36,487 bases of DNA, from positions 4,968-41,454 of the forward strand of contig DCJV01000105.1 in assembly GCA_002320555.1 (NCBI GenBank). Direction: 5' to 3'. Origin of the DNA: Ruminococcaceae bacterium UBA1691 (lineage in GTDB: Bacteria > Bacillota > Clostridia > Oscillospirales > Acutalibacteraceae). The translations under genes were made by a program, and so were the position numbers. Positions 25,404 to 33,577 of this stretch are shown piece by piece. How positions within the stretch are numbered: position 1 is the first letter of the stretch; each line of letters opens with the position of its first letter. The notes beneath the pieces are model-generated. The model saw only the letters and a list, made by a program, of their open reading frames with translations. It made no database searches and was not told the origin of the DNA.

Positions 25404-26708
25404 ATGGATCACTATTTCAATCCGGCAATCGAAACCGCATCTCGGGAGTATCTCTGGGCGCTTCAGTCCGCAAGGCTGATTCAAATGGTACATAACGCAT
25501 ACAATCATGTGCCGTTCTACAAACAGAAATTCGATGAGATCGGCCTGCTGCCGGGTGATATCAAAACGATTGACGACATTACCAAGCTGCCCTTTACCGT
25601 CAAGCAGGACCTGCGGGATCATTATCCCTTTGGCCTGTTCGCCGTCCCCAAGGATCAGCTGGTGCGCATTCATGCGTCTTCCGGCACGACGGGCAAGCAG
25701 ACGGTCGTTGGCTACACGCAGCATGATATCGACGTGTGGTCTGAAGGCGCGGCGCGCGCATTGACGGCGGCCGGCGCAACAAAAACGGATTCGATCCATA
25801 TATCCTACGGCTACGGCCTGTTTACGGGCGGCTTAGGGCTTCACTATGGCGCAGAGAAGATGGGCGCCACCGCGATTCCGGTTTCCTCCGGCAATACGAA
25901 GCGTCAGGTACAGATCCTGCAGGATTTCGGTTCCGACATTTTGTGCTGCACACCTTCCTATGCAATGTTCATTGGCGAAACGGTCAACCGCATGGGAATC
26001 GATCCCACTACGCTGCGTTTGCGCGCAGGCTTATTTGGTGCAGAGCCCTGGTCGGAAAACATGCGTCGTCAGATCGAAAAATCCCTGGCCATCAAGGCGT
26101 ATGATATCTACGGCCTTTCTGAAATCGCAGGCCCCGGCGTTTCCTATGAATGCCGGATGCAGACCGGCCTTCATGTGTGTGAGGATTATTTCTATCCAGA
26201 GGTCGTCGATCCGGACACCCTTCAGCCTGTGCCAGACGGAACGTATGGCGAGCTGGTCTTCACCTGCATCGGTAAGGAGGCGCTGCCGCTGGTGCGCTAC
26301 CGTACGCGCGATATCTGTGCGATCAGCCATGAGAAGTGCGAATGCGGCAGGACGCTTGTCAAGATGGCGAAGCCCAGGGGCCGTTCGGACGATATGCTGA
26401 TTATTCGCGGCGTCAACGTCTTCCCATCTCAGGTGGAACATGTTATACTGGAGCTGGGTATGGAGCCGAATTACCAGATTGTCGTTACAAGGGAAAACAA
26501 TCTCGACGTGATGGAAGTTTATATCGAGATGTCCGAAAAGATGTTCTCCGACTCCGTGCGCAGGATCGAGGAAACAGAGTCACGCATCAAGACCGCGATG
26601 CAGACGACGCTGGGCGTTTCCGCAGTGATCCATCTGGTGGAGCCGCAGTCCATTCCGCGCTCCGAAGGCAAAGCGGTGCGCGTGATCGATAAACGAGTGA
26701 TTGATTAA
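25404..26708 (+). CDS. paaK: Phenylacetate--CoA ligase family, second paralog
   Basis: RIHASSGTTGKQTVVGYT, YGLSE and IRGVNVFPSQVE are present. Start ATG 25404 with GGAAAGGA upstream. Confidence 0.92.
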   Translation: MDHYFNPAIETASREYLWALQSARLIQMVHNAYNHVPFYKQKFDEIGLLPGDIKTIDDITKLPFTVKQDLRDHYPFGLFAVPKDQLVRIHASSGTTGKQTVVGYTQHDIDVWSEGAARALTAAGATKTDSIHISYGYGLFTGGLGLHYGAEKMGATAIPVSSGNTKRQVQILQDFGSDILCCTPSYAMFIGETVNRMGIDPTTLRLRAGLFGAEPWSENMRRQIEKSLAIKAYDIYGLSEIAGPGVSYECRMQTGLHVCEDYFYPEVVDPDTLQPVPDGTYGELVFTCIGKEALPLVRYRTRDICAISHEKCECGRTLVKMAKPRGRSDDMLIIRGVNVFPSQVEHVILELGMEPNYQIVVTRENNLDVMEVYIEMSEKMFSDSVRRIEETESRIKTAMQTTLGVSAVIHLVEPQSIPRSEGKAVRVIDKRVID

Positions 26709-26729
26709 GGATAGAAAGGTGGGTTTGAT

Positions 26730-27158
26730 ATGCCAATCAAGCAGATTTCCATTTTTGTGGAGAACAAGCCCGGCCGGCTGGCCGATATCACCTCTCTGGT
26801 CGCGGAAAAGGGGATCGATATCCGCGCGCTTTCCATTGCGGACACGACAGACTATGGGATCCTCCGCCTGATCGTCAACGACCCGGAGAAAGCGGAATCA
26901 GTGCTCAAAGAGAGCGGTCTGACCGTATCCATAACGAACGTGCTCGGCATCGGCATCCCGGATGAGCCGGGCGGATTTTCCCGGGCAATCCGTGTGCTGG
27001 CGGAAGCGGGCATCAGCGTGGAATATGCCTATGCGTTCATCACGCCGGAGGTCGGCGCGGCATATGTGATCATCCGCGTGGAGAATAACGAGGAAGCGAC
27101 GGCGGTGCTGACGAAGGCCGGCATTAAGCTGATTGAGCAGGAAGAAATCTTCTCCTGA
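26730..27158 (+). CDS. ACT domain (amino-acid-binding) protein
   Basis: It has two ACT-like repeats (ISIFVENKPGRLADITSLVAEKGIDIRAL and a second half). Confidence 0.8.
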   Translation: MPIKQISIFVENKPGRLADITSLVAEKGIDIRALSIADTTDYGILRLIVNDPEKAESVLKESGLTVSITNVLGIGIPDEPGGFSRAIRVLAEAGISVEYAYAFITPEVGAAYVIIRVENNEEATAVLTKAGIKLIEQEEIFS

Positions 27159-27174
27159 AAATGATCATCATATA

Positions 27175-27213
27175 ACGGGAACCGCATCAATTGATACGAT
27201 GCGGTTCCCGTTT
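27175..27213. terminator. Terminator shared by the ior/paaK operon (+) and the island ABC operon (-)
   Basis: A perfect 14-bp stem (ACGGGAACCGCATC / GATGCGGTTCCCGT) with a 9-nt loop is followed by TTT. Confidence 0.75.
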
Positions 27214-27393
27214 GATATTGAGCTAGAAGTGAGGAAAAGTTTAGTTATCATATCTGCTCAATGGAGGAGCTTTGTTTTACCGCCTCAAGACACACCCAGA
27301 CACTTGTTTTGTTTATAGTTAGCAGGAGATCTTTTATATCAATATCTATTTCTTTGAGGCAGGGCAAAGCTAAATTGAACAATGTGTCTTTTA

Positions 27394-28056
27394 TTATTCC
27401 GTATACAGAGTTCCATCAACGATATGTACAATTCTATCGCATTGTTTCGCCACTCGCTCATCATGTGTAACGATAATCACTGTTTTTCCCTGTTTGTGGA
27501 TCTGCTTGAATAAGTCCATGATATCTTGCCCAGTTTTTGAATCCAGTGAACCGGTAGGTTCGTCCGCTAAGATGATTTCCGGTTCGTTGATGAGCGCCCG
27601 CGCAATTGCTACCCGCTGTCTTTGTCCACCTGACATTGTACAGCAGAGTTGTTTTTTTAGTGAGGAGATATTCAATTCTTTCATAACAGAGTCGACAGCC
27701 TGTTTTGCATTGATTTTCTTTTTGCTGTATGCGAGAGGCAATGTAATATTTTTTTCGGCTGTATAATGTTCAATGAGCGCGAAGTCCTGTACGATAAACC
27801 CAAAATATTCGTTTCTTAAGTTTGCGTTTTTCTTCGTGGATAAACTTTGGATTGACACACCGTTTAGCAGATACGTTCCCCCGGATGGCTGTTCAAGGCA
27901 TCCAATAATGTTTAAAAGGGTTGATTTTCCGGAGCCTGAGGGGCCCATGACAGCCAACAATTCACCCTTAGAAATATCCAAAGATAGGTCATGTAGCGCA
28001 ATTGTTTTGGCGCCACCGGTGCCAAAAGTTTTTGAAATATTGAATAATGAGATCAT
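27394..28056 (-). CDS. ABC transporter ATP-binding protein (MacB/LolD/FtsE-like subfamily)
   Basis: Walker A GPSGSGKST, signature MSGGQRQRVAIARAL, Walker B ILADEPTGSLD and H-loop VTHD are present. Start ATG 28056 with AAAGGA SD, 4 nt after the upstream stop. Confidence 0.93.
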   Translation of the reverse strand: MISLFNISKTFGTGGAKTIALHDLSLDISKGELLAVMGPSGSGKSTLLNIIGCLEQPSGGTYLLNGVSIQSLSTKKNANLRNEYFGFIVQDFALIEHYTAEKNITLPLAYSKKKINAKQAVDSVMKELNISSLKKQLCCTMSGGQRQRVAIARALINEPEIILADEPTGSLDSKTGQDIMDLFKQIHKQGKTVIIVTHDERVAKQCDRIVHIVDGTLYTE

Positions 28057-28060
28057 GTGT

Positions 28061-29185
28061 TTATTCCTTTCTGATGGCACTGTTCAAATCCAGATGTATG
28101 AGCCGGATACAGGGGACGAATGATATCACCATCCCCAAAACCAGTATGAACAGCGTTGTTAGCAAAAATATTCGTAAATCTTTTCCAATTGCAAAGGAAA
28201 TCAAAATGGATATAGCCAAAGGAATAAAAACTTGGGAAAGGATGCGTATGAGGATATCCTTCATCGTTGCGCCATACATAATGTGAATCAAAAATTCCCT
28301 TTTATGACAGTCTATATATTCTAATATACTCGAAACCAAACCTAAAACAGAAACACTCAGGAGCAAAATGAGAATGGTTGTTGCCAGTTCAATAAAGAAT
28401 TCATTTTCTTCTGTGATATTTTCTAATTGATCAGAAAAGCTTTCAAACGCAAAAGTAAACAAACCCAATTCATATGACTTGTTTTGAATTTCCTGAAAAA
28501 CAGTATCTTTGTCTGTCAAAATGACTGTAGAATTAATCGCCATGTCAAGATCTGAAAAGCTGCTGTTTGCTTGAATATTGACCGGACAAAGAATGCTTTC
28601 GTCTAAAGAAATGATTTCGTTGGAAGCCTTTGGGTTTAAATAGAATGACCCTTCTTTCAAATAATCCATTACCTCATATTTATCATTTATGATATCTCCT
28701 ATTTGATAGGTCTGTTTGAAGTGATGGCCCAGTATAACTGGCAGATAGCCCCGAGGCGTGTTGTTAGAAAACAAGTTGTAACCGCCTTCGGCCTCAAGGC
28801 GGAAGGTATTCCAGAAAGAGGTGTCTGCATAGAAAAACGTTGTTGGTGACGCATTTCCCTGTAAGTTCTCCTGATACTGGTAAAAGGTGTATGCTTGAAA
28901 GCCGGGATTTTGCATAATATAGTTATATAGCTGATACATGCGATTCCCTGCATCAGGGTTAGAGAATATATTGGTTTCAAAATAAGCTTCGTCTGTGATA
29001 TCCTTTAAATAATAGAGCTGCTCATAATGGTTGAGCGCTTCTATTTTTTGTTTATACTCCTGCATATGGAATAGTAATAAAAAAATGATCGTAAAAAGTA
29101 GTGTTGCCGCAAGCAATTGTAGAAACATGCCGAGGTAATGAAGCGGTTTTTCTTTGAGATCATCCCAGATGAAATGCCATCGCAT
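28061..29185 (-). CDS. FtsX-type permease B (1 TM, about 250-aa extracytoplasmic domain, 3 TM)
   Basis: N-terminal TM LGMFLQLLAATLLFTIIFLLLF. The C-terminal block is KREFLIHIMYGATMKDIL followed by two more TM. AAAGGAGAGGTGG SD. Confidence 0.8.
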   Translation of the reverse strand: MRWHFIWDDLKEKPLHYLGMFLQLLAATLLFTIIFLLLFHMQEYKQKIEALNHYEQLYYLKDITDEAYFETNIFSNPDAGNRMYQLYNYIMQNPGFQAYTFYQYQENLQGNASPTTFFYADTSFWNTFRLEAEGGYNLFSNNTPRGYLPVILGHHFKQTYQIGDIINDKYEVMDYLKEGSFYLNPKASNEIISLDESILCPVNIQANSSFSDLDMAINSTVILTDKDTVFQEIQNKSYELGLFTFAFESFSDQLENITEENEFFIELATTILILLLSVSVLGLVSSILEYIDCHKREFLIHIMYGATMKDILIRILSQVFIPLAISILISFAIGKDLRIFLLTTLFILVLGMVISFVPCIRLIHLDLNSAIRKE

Positions 29186-29209
29186 TGCTGCGCCACCTCT
29201 CCTTTCATT

Positions 29210-30253
29210 CTATATTCGCGGAATCATCTTGCGCGCGTGTATCATAATACTGATCAGGCTGATGCCTCCCAAAGCCAATGCGATGAACCAGGCACATGCC
29301 AGTGAGATGGGGGACACCGAAAAAGATAGATATTGAAAGGGATGGAAGAAACGGCTGAATATGATAGCAAGTATACTGCCAACAGCGAGAGAGCAGAGAA
29401 ACGCGCTGCTGTAGTCTTTCGCGACTGCGGATAAAAGGCGGCTTTTTTCCGCCCCTACCAAATATCTGACAAACAGCTCTTTCCTCTTATGTGCAAGCCA
29501 ATTCCGATTCAGACTTGCTATGTTCAGCATGAGAAGAAGTGTCAAAAGAGCGGTTCCCACCAATAGCATTTGCTTATCCTCAGATTGCTGCAATTGTGTC
29601 AGTGGATTTGCCGTTGCATTTTTTAATTCTGAAATTTGAGTGGTTGGGGAACATGCATGAATGTAAGTACATAAATTTTGAAAGAGCTCCGGAGTGGATT
29701 TTCCCGCATCCAATACAAAGGTTCCAGTAACAGGAAGTGATGATCCATTTGAAAGGACAGCTTTCAAATTCAGGATATATTCGTAGATATCCTGAAGGGC
29801 ATCATCTGAAAATCGATTTACCTGATATGAGTGCTGGTTATAATAAAAGAAAAAAGCACCTTGTTTTCTAACACAATCTGTTTTCCGTTCTTTGCTTAAA
29901 ACGGCTTCATTTGCTATGTCAGCTGCGAGGAAAGAATATATATTCCCATTTTCTGTTTTGATCTTTATAGGCGTGCTGGAATAAACTTCTAAAGTTTTTG
30001 AAAAAGGTTGGTTATGCGTCATCAGGAAACCCTGCGGTTGACGTTCCATCCAGAGGAGCAAATCACCATTTGTTACAAAAGAGTTATCATTGTTCTCGAT
30101 TTTAAAGAGGATGCTGTCCGAAGTCCCGAAAGGATATTGCTGATTGAGTTTTGTTTGATTAAAGAATAATATAGAAGATGCCAAAACAATAAAAAAAGAA
30201 AATACTGTAAAAAAAAGCAACAATAATTTGGAGGTATGTAGCCAATGTCTCAT
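29210..30253 (-). CDS. FtsX-type permease A (1 TM, about 200-aa extracytoplasmic domain, 3 TM)
   Basis: N-terminal TM LLLLFFTVFSFFIVLASSILFF. The C-terminal block is RKELFVRYLVGAEKSRLL followed by two more TM. GGGAGAG SD. Confidence 0.8.
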   Translation of the reverse strand: MRHWLHTSKLLLLFFTVFSFFIVLASSILFFNQTKLNQQYPFGTSDSILFKIENNDNSFVTNGDLLLWMERQPQGFLMTHNQPFSKTLEVYSSTPIKIKTENGNIYSFLAADIANEAVLSKERKTDCVRKQGAFFFYYNQHSYQVNRFSDDALQDIYEYILNLKAVLSNGSSLPVTGTFVLDAGKSTPELFQNLCTYIHACSPTTQISELKNATANPLTQLQQSEDKQMLLVGTALLTLLLMLNIASLNRNWLAHKRKELFVRYLVGAEKSRLLSAVAKDYSSAFLCSLAVGSILAIIFSRFFHPFQYLSFSVSPISLACAWFIALALGGISLISIMIHARKMIPRI

Positions 30254-30278
30254 AAGCTCTCCCGCTTCTTAATAGGCC

Positions 30279-30307
30279 GCGGTGCGTGCGGATATTGCAT
30301 GCACCGC
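30279..30307 (-). promoter_or_regulatory. 11-bp hairpin in the 5' leader of the island ABC operon
   Basis: GCGGTGCGTGC / GCATGCACCGC with a 7-nt loop, 26 nt upstream of the ATG. There is no T-tract on either strand. Confidence 0.4.
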
Positions 30308-30418
30308 AGCCTGGAATTTAATGATAAGGATGCTGTTTTTTAATATTGCGGCCAACAGTATTCAAATCCCCAATTAGTTCATGTCTACCACTCTCAGATA
30401 CTTTTAAATGCTATAATA

Positions 30419-30447
30419 ATTATATATATCTATATTGATAATATCAA
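30419..30447 (-). promoter_or_regulatory. Near-consensus promoter TTGATA-17-TATAAT with palindromic -35 (TTGATA-N-TATCAA)
   Basis: On the minus strand the hexamers are at 30447-30442 and 30424-30419. The 13-bp inverted repeat at 30435-30447 overlaps the -35. Confidence 0.6.
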
Positions 30448-30483
30448 CCGTAAATAAGGAAATATTTGTATTTAAATAGGTTC

Positions 30484-30821
30484 CGTGTGTTCGCTGCCTT
30501 CAGAATTCTTCTCGCCTGTTTCATCTGCCCTATGTGATGGGGTTCAACGAGGAGTATACCGGAAAAAATACCGCGAGATCGCCCGGATGATAGGCGTTGA
30601 AGCACAGGCTGAATACCGCAAGTCCGCGATCGACACGGTCCGCCAGCTTATCCATTGACGTCGGTATTCCGCAGACGCTGAAGAAGATCAGCGTAAAGGA
30701 AGCGGAGCTCGACGCGGTCGCAGGCGTCTGCACAGGTGGTAACCCGCGGCCCCGCACCCTTCGGTGCATAAGATTGATTCTCAGATTGGTTAACATAAGA
30801 ATCCTATATACAATGCTGTAA
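30484..30821 (+). pseudogene. 3' relic of an iron-containing alcohol dehydrogenase gene (5' truncated, at least 2 frameshifts)
   Basis: Three frames read in succession: LPYVMGFNEEYTG, then KKYREIARMIGVEAQAEYRKSAIDTVRQL, then SIDVGIPQTLKKISVKEAELDAVAGVCTGGNPRP. This matches the C-terminal quarter of Fe-ADHs. Confidence 0.7.
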
Positions 30822-31027
30822 TCATTCTCCTGTTCAATTTGGACAAAATTCGGCAGAAACATGGTACCCGGTTGGCATAAAAATCACCGCCTAATTTATT
30901 TAATTTGCTTATTCTCACTATTTATTAAATATCAATTAAAATGAATTCTGTTTACTCGATTTCGATAAACAATAGAAATCAGGTTATCCTAATACATACA
31001 AAGGAATTTCAGAAAGGCGGAATTAGA

Positions 31028-32296
31028 ATGAACAACGAAAGAATTACTTCTGTGATGGGGCGGCAGATTTTCGACTCGCGCGGCAATCCCACCGTGGAGG
31101 CCTGCGTAACCCTGCGGGACGGCACACAGGCCTGCGCGAGCGTCCCATCCGGCGCTTCGACCGGCATGTATGAAGCCTGCGAATTGCGCGACGGCGATGA
31201 AGCCTTCGGCGGAAAAGGCGTTCAGAAGGCGGTCGACAATATTAATGCTCACATTTCCGGCGAGCTCAACGATATGCTGGTAACCAATCAGCAGGCGATC
31301 GATATGGCGATGTGTTCTATCGATGGGACGGATAATAAATCGAGGTTGGGCGCCAATGCGATCCTGGCGGTTTCCCTTGCCTGTGCCAAAACGGCGGCAA
31401 GATTTTGCGGAATGCCCTTTTACCGCTATTTGGGCGGTGTAAACGCGGTAACGCTCCCCGTGCCGATGCTCAATATTCTCAACGGCGGCGCGCATGCGAG
31501 CAATAATATGGACATCCAGGAGTTTATGATTTTTCCAGTCGGCGCACAATGCTTTTCTCAAGCCATGCGAATGGCGGTTGAAACCTATGCAGAGCTGGGA
31601 AAAACATTGAAAAAGCGCGGCCTGTCCACAACCGTGGGCGATGAGGGCGGCTATGCGCCGGATCTCGAAAGCGACCGGCAAGCGCTGGAGCTGCTGCTGG
31701 AAGCAGTGGAGCGGGCGGGCTACCGACCGGGAGAGGATATCCGGATCGCTCTGGATGCGGCCGCCAGTGAATGGAAAACAGAGGAAGGCTATTTGATGCC
31801 GAAAAGCGGGCAACGCATGACGACGCAAGAGGTAATTTCTCATTTCAAAAAGCTGGCGCAGGAGTATCCGATCCAGTCAATTGAGGACCCGTTGGCTGAG
31901 GAGGATTATGACGGATTTTCTGAGATCACACAGCAAATCGGGGAGCAGGTACAGATTGTCGGAGACGACTTGTTTGTAACGAATCCCAGGCGGCTGCGGG
32001 AAGGCATTGCGCAGGGATGTGCAAATGCGATTTTAATCAAACCCAATCAGATTGGAACGCTCACTGAAACGATGGAGGCCGTACGGCTTGCAAAAGCATA
32101 CGGCTATGGGACGATCCTTTCCCACAGAAGCGGGGAGACGGAGGACACCTCTATTGCGGATATCGCCGTGGCGCTGAATGCCGGGCAGATTAAAACAGGA
32201 GCTCCGGCCAGAACGGATCGCGTTTGCAAGTATAACCGCCTGCTGGAAATCGAGCGTCAGCTGGATAAAACGGCGCATTTTGGAATTCGTAATTAA
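31028..32296 (+). CDS. eno: Enolase (phosphopyruvate hydratase)
   Basis: IFDSRGNPTVEA, SHRSGETEDT and GQIKTGAPARTDRVCKYNRLLEIE are present. The start is the internal ATG 31028. Confidence 0.97.
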   Translation: MNNERITSVMGRQIFDSRGNPTVEACVTLRDGTQACASVPSGASTGMYEACELRDGDEAFGGKGVQKAVDNINAHISGELNDMLVTNQQAIDMAMCSIDGTDNKSRLGANAILAVSLACAKTAARFCGMPFYRYLGGVNAVTLPVPMLNILNGGAHASNNMDIQEFMIFPVGAQCFSQAMRMAVETYAELGKTLKKRGLSTTVGDEGGYAPDLESDRQALELLLEAVERAGYRPGEDIRIALDAAASEWKTEEGYLMPKSGQRMTTQEVISHFKKLAQEYPIQSIEDPLAEEDYDGFSEITQQIGEQVQIVGDDLFVTNPRRLREGIAQGCANAILIKPNQIGTLTETMEAVRLAKAYGYGTILSHRSGETEDTSIADIAVALNAGQIKTGAPARTDRVCKYNRLLEIERQLDKTAHFGIRN

Positions 32297-32302
32297 AGAA
32301 AA

Positions 32303-32336
32303 GGGAGCGCCCGCACGATCAGATGCGGACGCTCCC
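32303..32336. terminator. Convergent terminator between eno and the phosphoesterase gene
   Basis: The GGGAGCGCCCGCA / TGCGGACGCTCCC stem has one mismatch. The T-rich tract (TTTTCTTTAATT) is on the minus-strand side. Confidence 0.6.
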
Positions 32337-32350
32337 TGTTATGGGTACTG

Positions 32351-33544
32351 TTATTTCCCAAACACGCGGTAAAGGACATAGGTGGTGATTGCAGCGGCAA
32401 TACCCAGCACACCGTAGCCGAAATCCCACCACATTTCTGTCGTAATCCGGTCAAAGCCCTTTATAGACTGGCTCTTGCCGACCAGATCTGTAAAATTATA
32501 CATTTCCGTCGTGAAGTCATTGAGATTGTTTTCGTCGAGCGTGATCAGGCGGACACCCTGCGAAACGCCGTTGCTATAGGTCTTAAAGCCGACGGCACGC
32601 GTGTGGACAAGGCGGATTCCGTCAACTGTCCCGGTAAAATCATTGACATGGTCGTGTCCGAAAACAGCGCCGAGGATATCGCCCTGCTTGACCCAGCTAG
32701 CAAATTCGCCGTTGTTGATATTGGGCGGGCAGGGGCCCTCGCTGAGAATTCCGGTCGTATTGGCGGGATCCTTGATCTTCCAGAAGCGGTTGGAATAAAT
32801 ATCGTGCCCTTTGACGCGGCCCTTTCCAGGCAGCAGAACGGGCTCCAGAAGGTCGTAGGCTTCCGGCACGGTGATGTGCTGAAACAGAATGGAGGGCATC
32901 GCCTTGCCGCCGTTTTGCGCCTTTAGAGCGTTGCTCGTCTGCTCATACCATTCGATCTGATCATCCTGTACATAGGCATAGCCACCCTCTTCGGCATAGT
33001 CGCCGGAATCAATGAACCAGAGATTGAACACGTCTTTGGTACCCGCGCTGTTTTGAATCAGCAGATGATAGTTCCCGCAGCCGGAAATATCCTCCGGACC
33101 CGTTACCATACGGCAATTGTCATATTCCTGATAAATTTTGACCTGCTCTTCTTTTGATACACCGCTGTATTCCACATCATGATTGCCAAAAACCACAGCA
33201 AGCGGAATGTTTTTGGCAGCCACCGGAGCAACGATTTTATGAATCGTTGCCCGCTGATTTTCCAGCCCGTCAGCAGTGGCGTTGTCGCCATTGAATACGA
33301 CAAGATCGGGCTTCAGCTCTTCGATCGCATTCGTCAGCAGCGCCAGTGCGTCGGCGGATTTCGCATCATCCTTTTCGTCTTCATGGATATCGGTCGCAAC
33401 AAGGATCTTGAATTTTCCGTCCTTGTTGAAGCGGAGCGGTTCCTGTGCGCCGGAGACAGCGCCCACCGCCATCGGCAGACAGGCAAGGGTCAGCGTCATG
33501 GTCAGAATCAATGCTAGAAACTTGCGGATCTTTTTCATTTTCAT
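32351..33544 (-). CDS. Secreted, C-terminally membrane-anchored metallophosphoesterase (calcineurin-like)
   Basis: It has a signal peptide (MKMKKIRKFLALILTMTLTLACLPMAVGA), motifs ATDIHED, FNGDN, GNHD and GHDHVNDF, and a C-terminal TM (GVLGIAAAITTYVLY). Confidence 0.88.
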   Translation of the reverse strand: MKMKKIRKFLALILTMTLTLACLPMAVGAVSGAQEPLRFNKDGKFKILVATDIHEDEKDDAKSADALALLTNAIEELKPDLVVFNGDNATADGLENQRATIHKIVAPVAAKNIPLAVVFGNHDVEYSGVSKEEQVKIYQEYDNCRMVTGPEDISGCGNYHLLIQNSAGTKDVFNLWFIDSGDYAEEGGYAYVQDDQIEWYEQTSNALKAQNGGKAMPSILFQHITVPEAYDLLEPVLLPGKGRVKGHDIYSNRFWKIKDPANTTGILSEGPCPPNINNGEFASWVKQGDILGAVFGHDHVNDFTGTVDGIRLVHTRAVGFKTYSNGVSQGVRLITLDENNLNDFTTEMYNFTDLVGKSQSIKGFDRITTEMWWDFGYGVLGIAAAITTYVLYRVFGK

Positions 33545-33577
33545 TGCCTTCCTTTCTTCTTCCTGTGTTCTATTGCA

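Noticed and set aside
27261-27470. A 69-aa plus-strand ORF at the left edge of the island, considered as a possible bacteriocin or immunity peptide or the 5' end of the disrupted adh.
   Set aside because: It has no SD and overlaps the 3' end of the ATPase gene in antisense. Its sequence has no leader-peptide features and no convincing Fe-ADH N-terminal motif.
30374-30382. An ATG-AAC-TAA mini-ORF in the island operon leader, examined while looking for a bacteriocin precursor gene upstream of the permeases.
   Set aside because: It is only two codons long. No longer ORF in any frame exists between the promoter and the first permease gene, so there is no precursor peptide here. It is kept only as a possible leader feature.
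27200-30500. Direct repeats, att-like sites, or integrase, transposase or tRNA genes flanking the low-GC island.
   Set aside because: I could find only trivial short matches (TTGATAT-like) by eye. Nothing supports a defined mobile-element boundary, so I made no mobile_element call.
30530-30862. A 110-aa minus-strand ORF next to the island that could have been a fourth island gene.
   Set aside because: It lies in the GC-rich segment and is antisense to the Fe-ADH relic, whose plus-strand translation explains the sequence. It has no SD.
30989-31843. A 284-aa minus-strand ORF.
   Set aside because: It is antisense to enolase.
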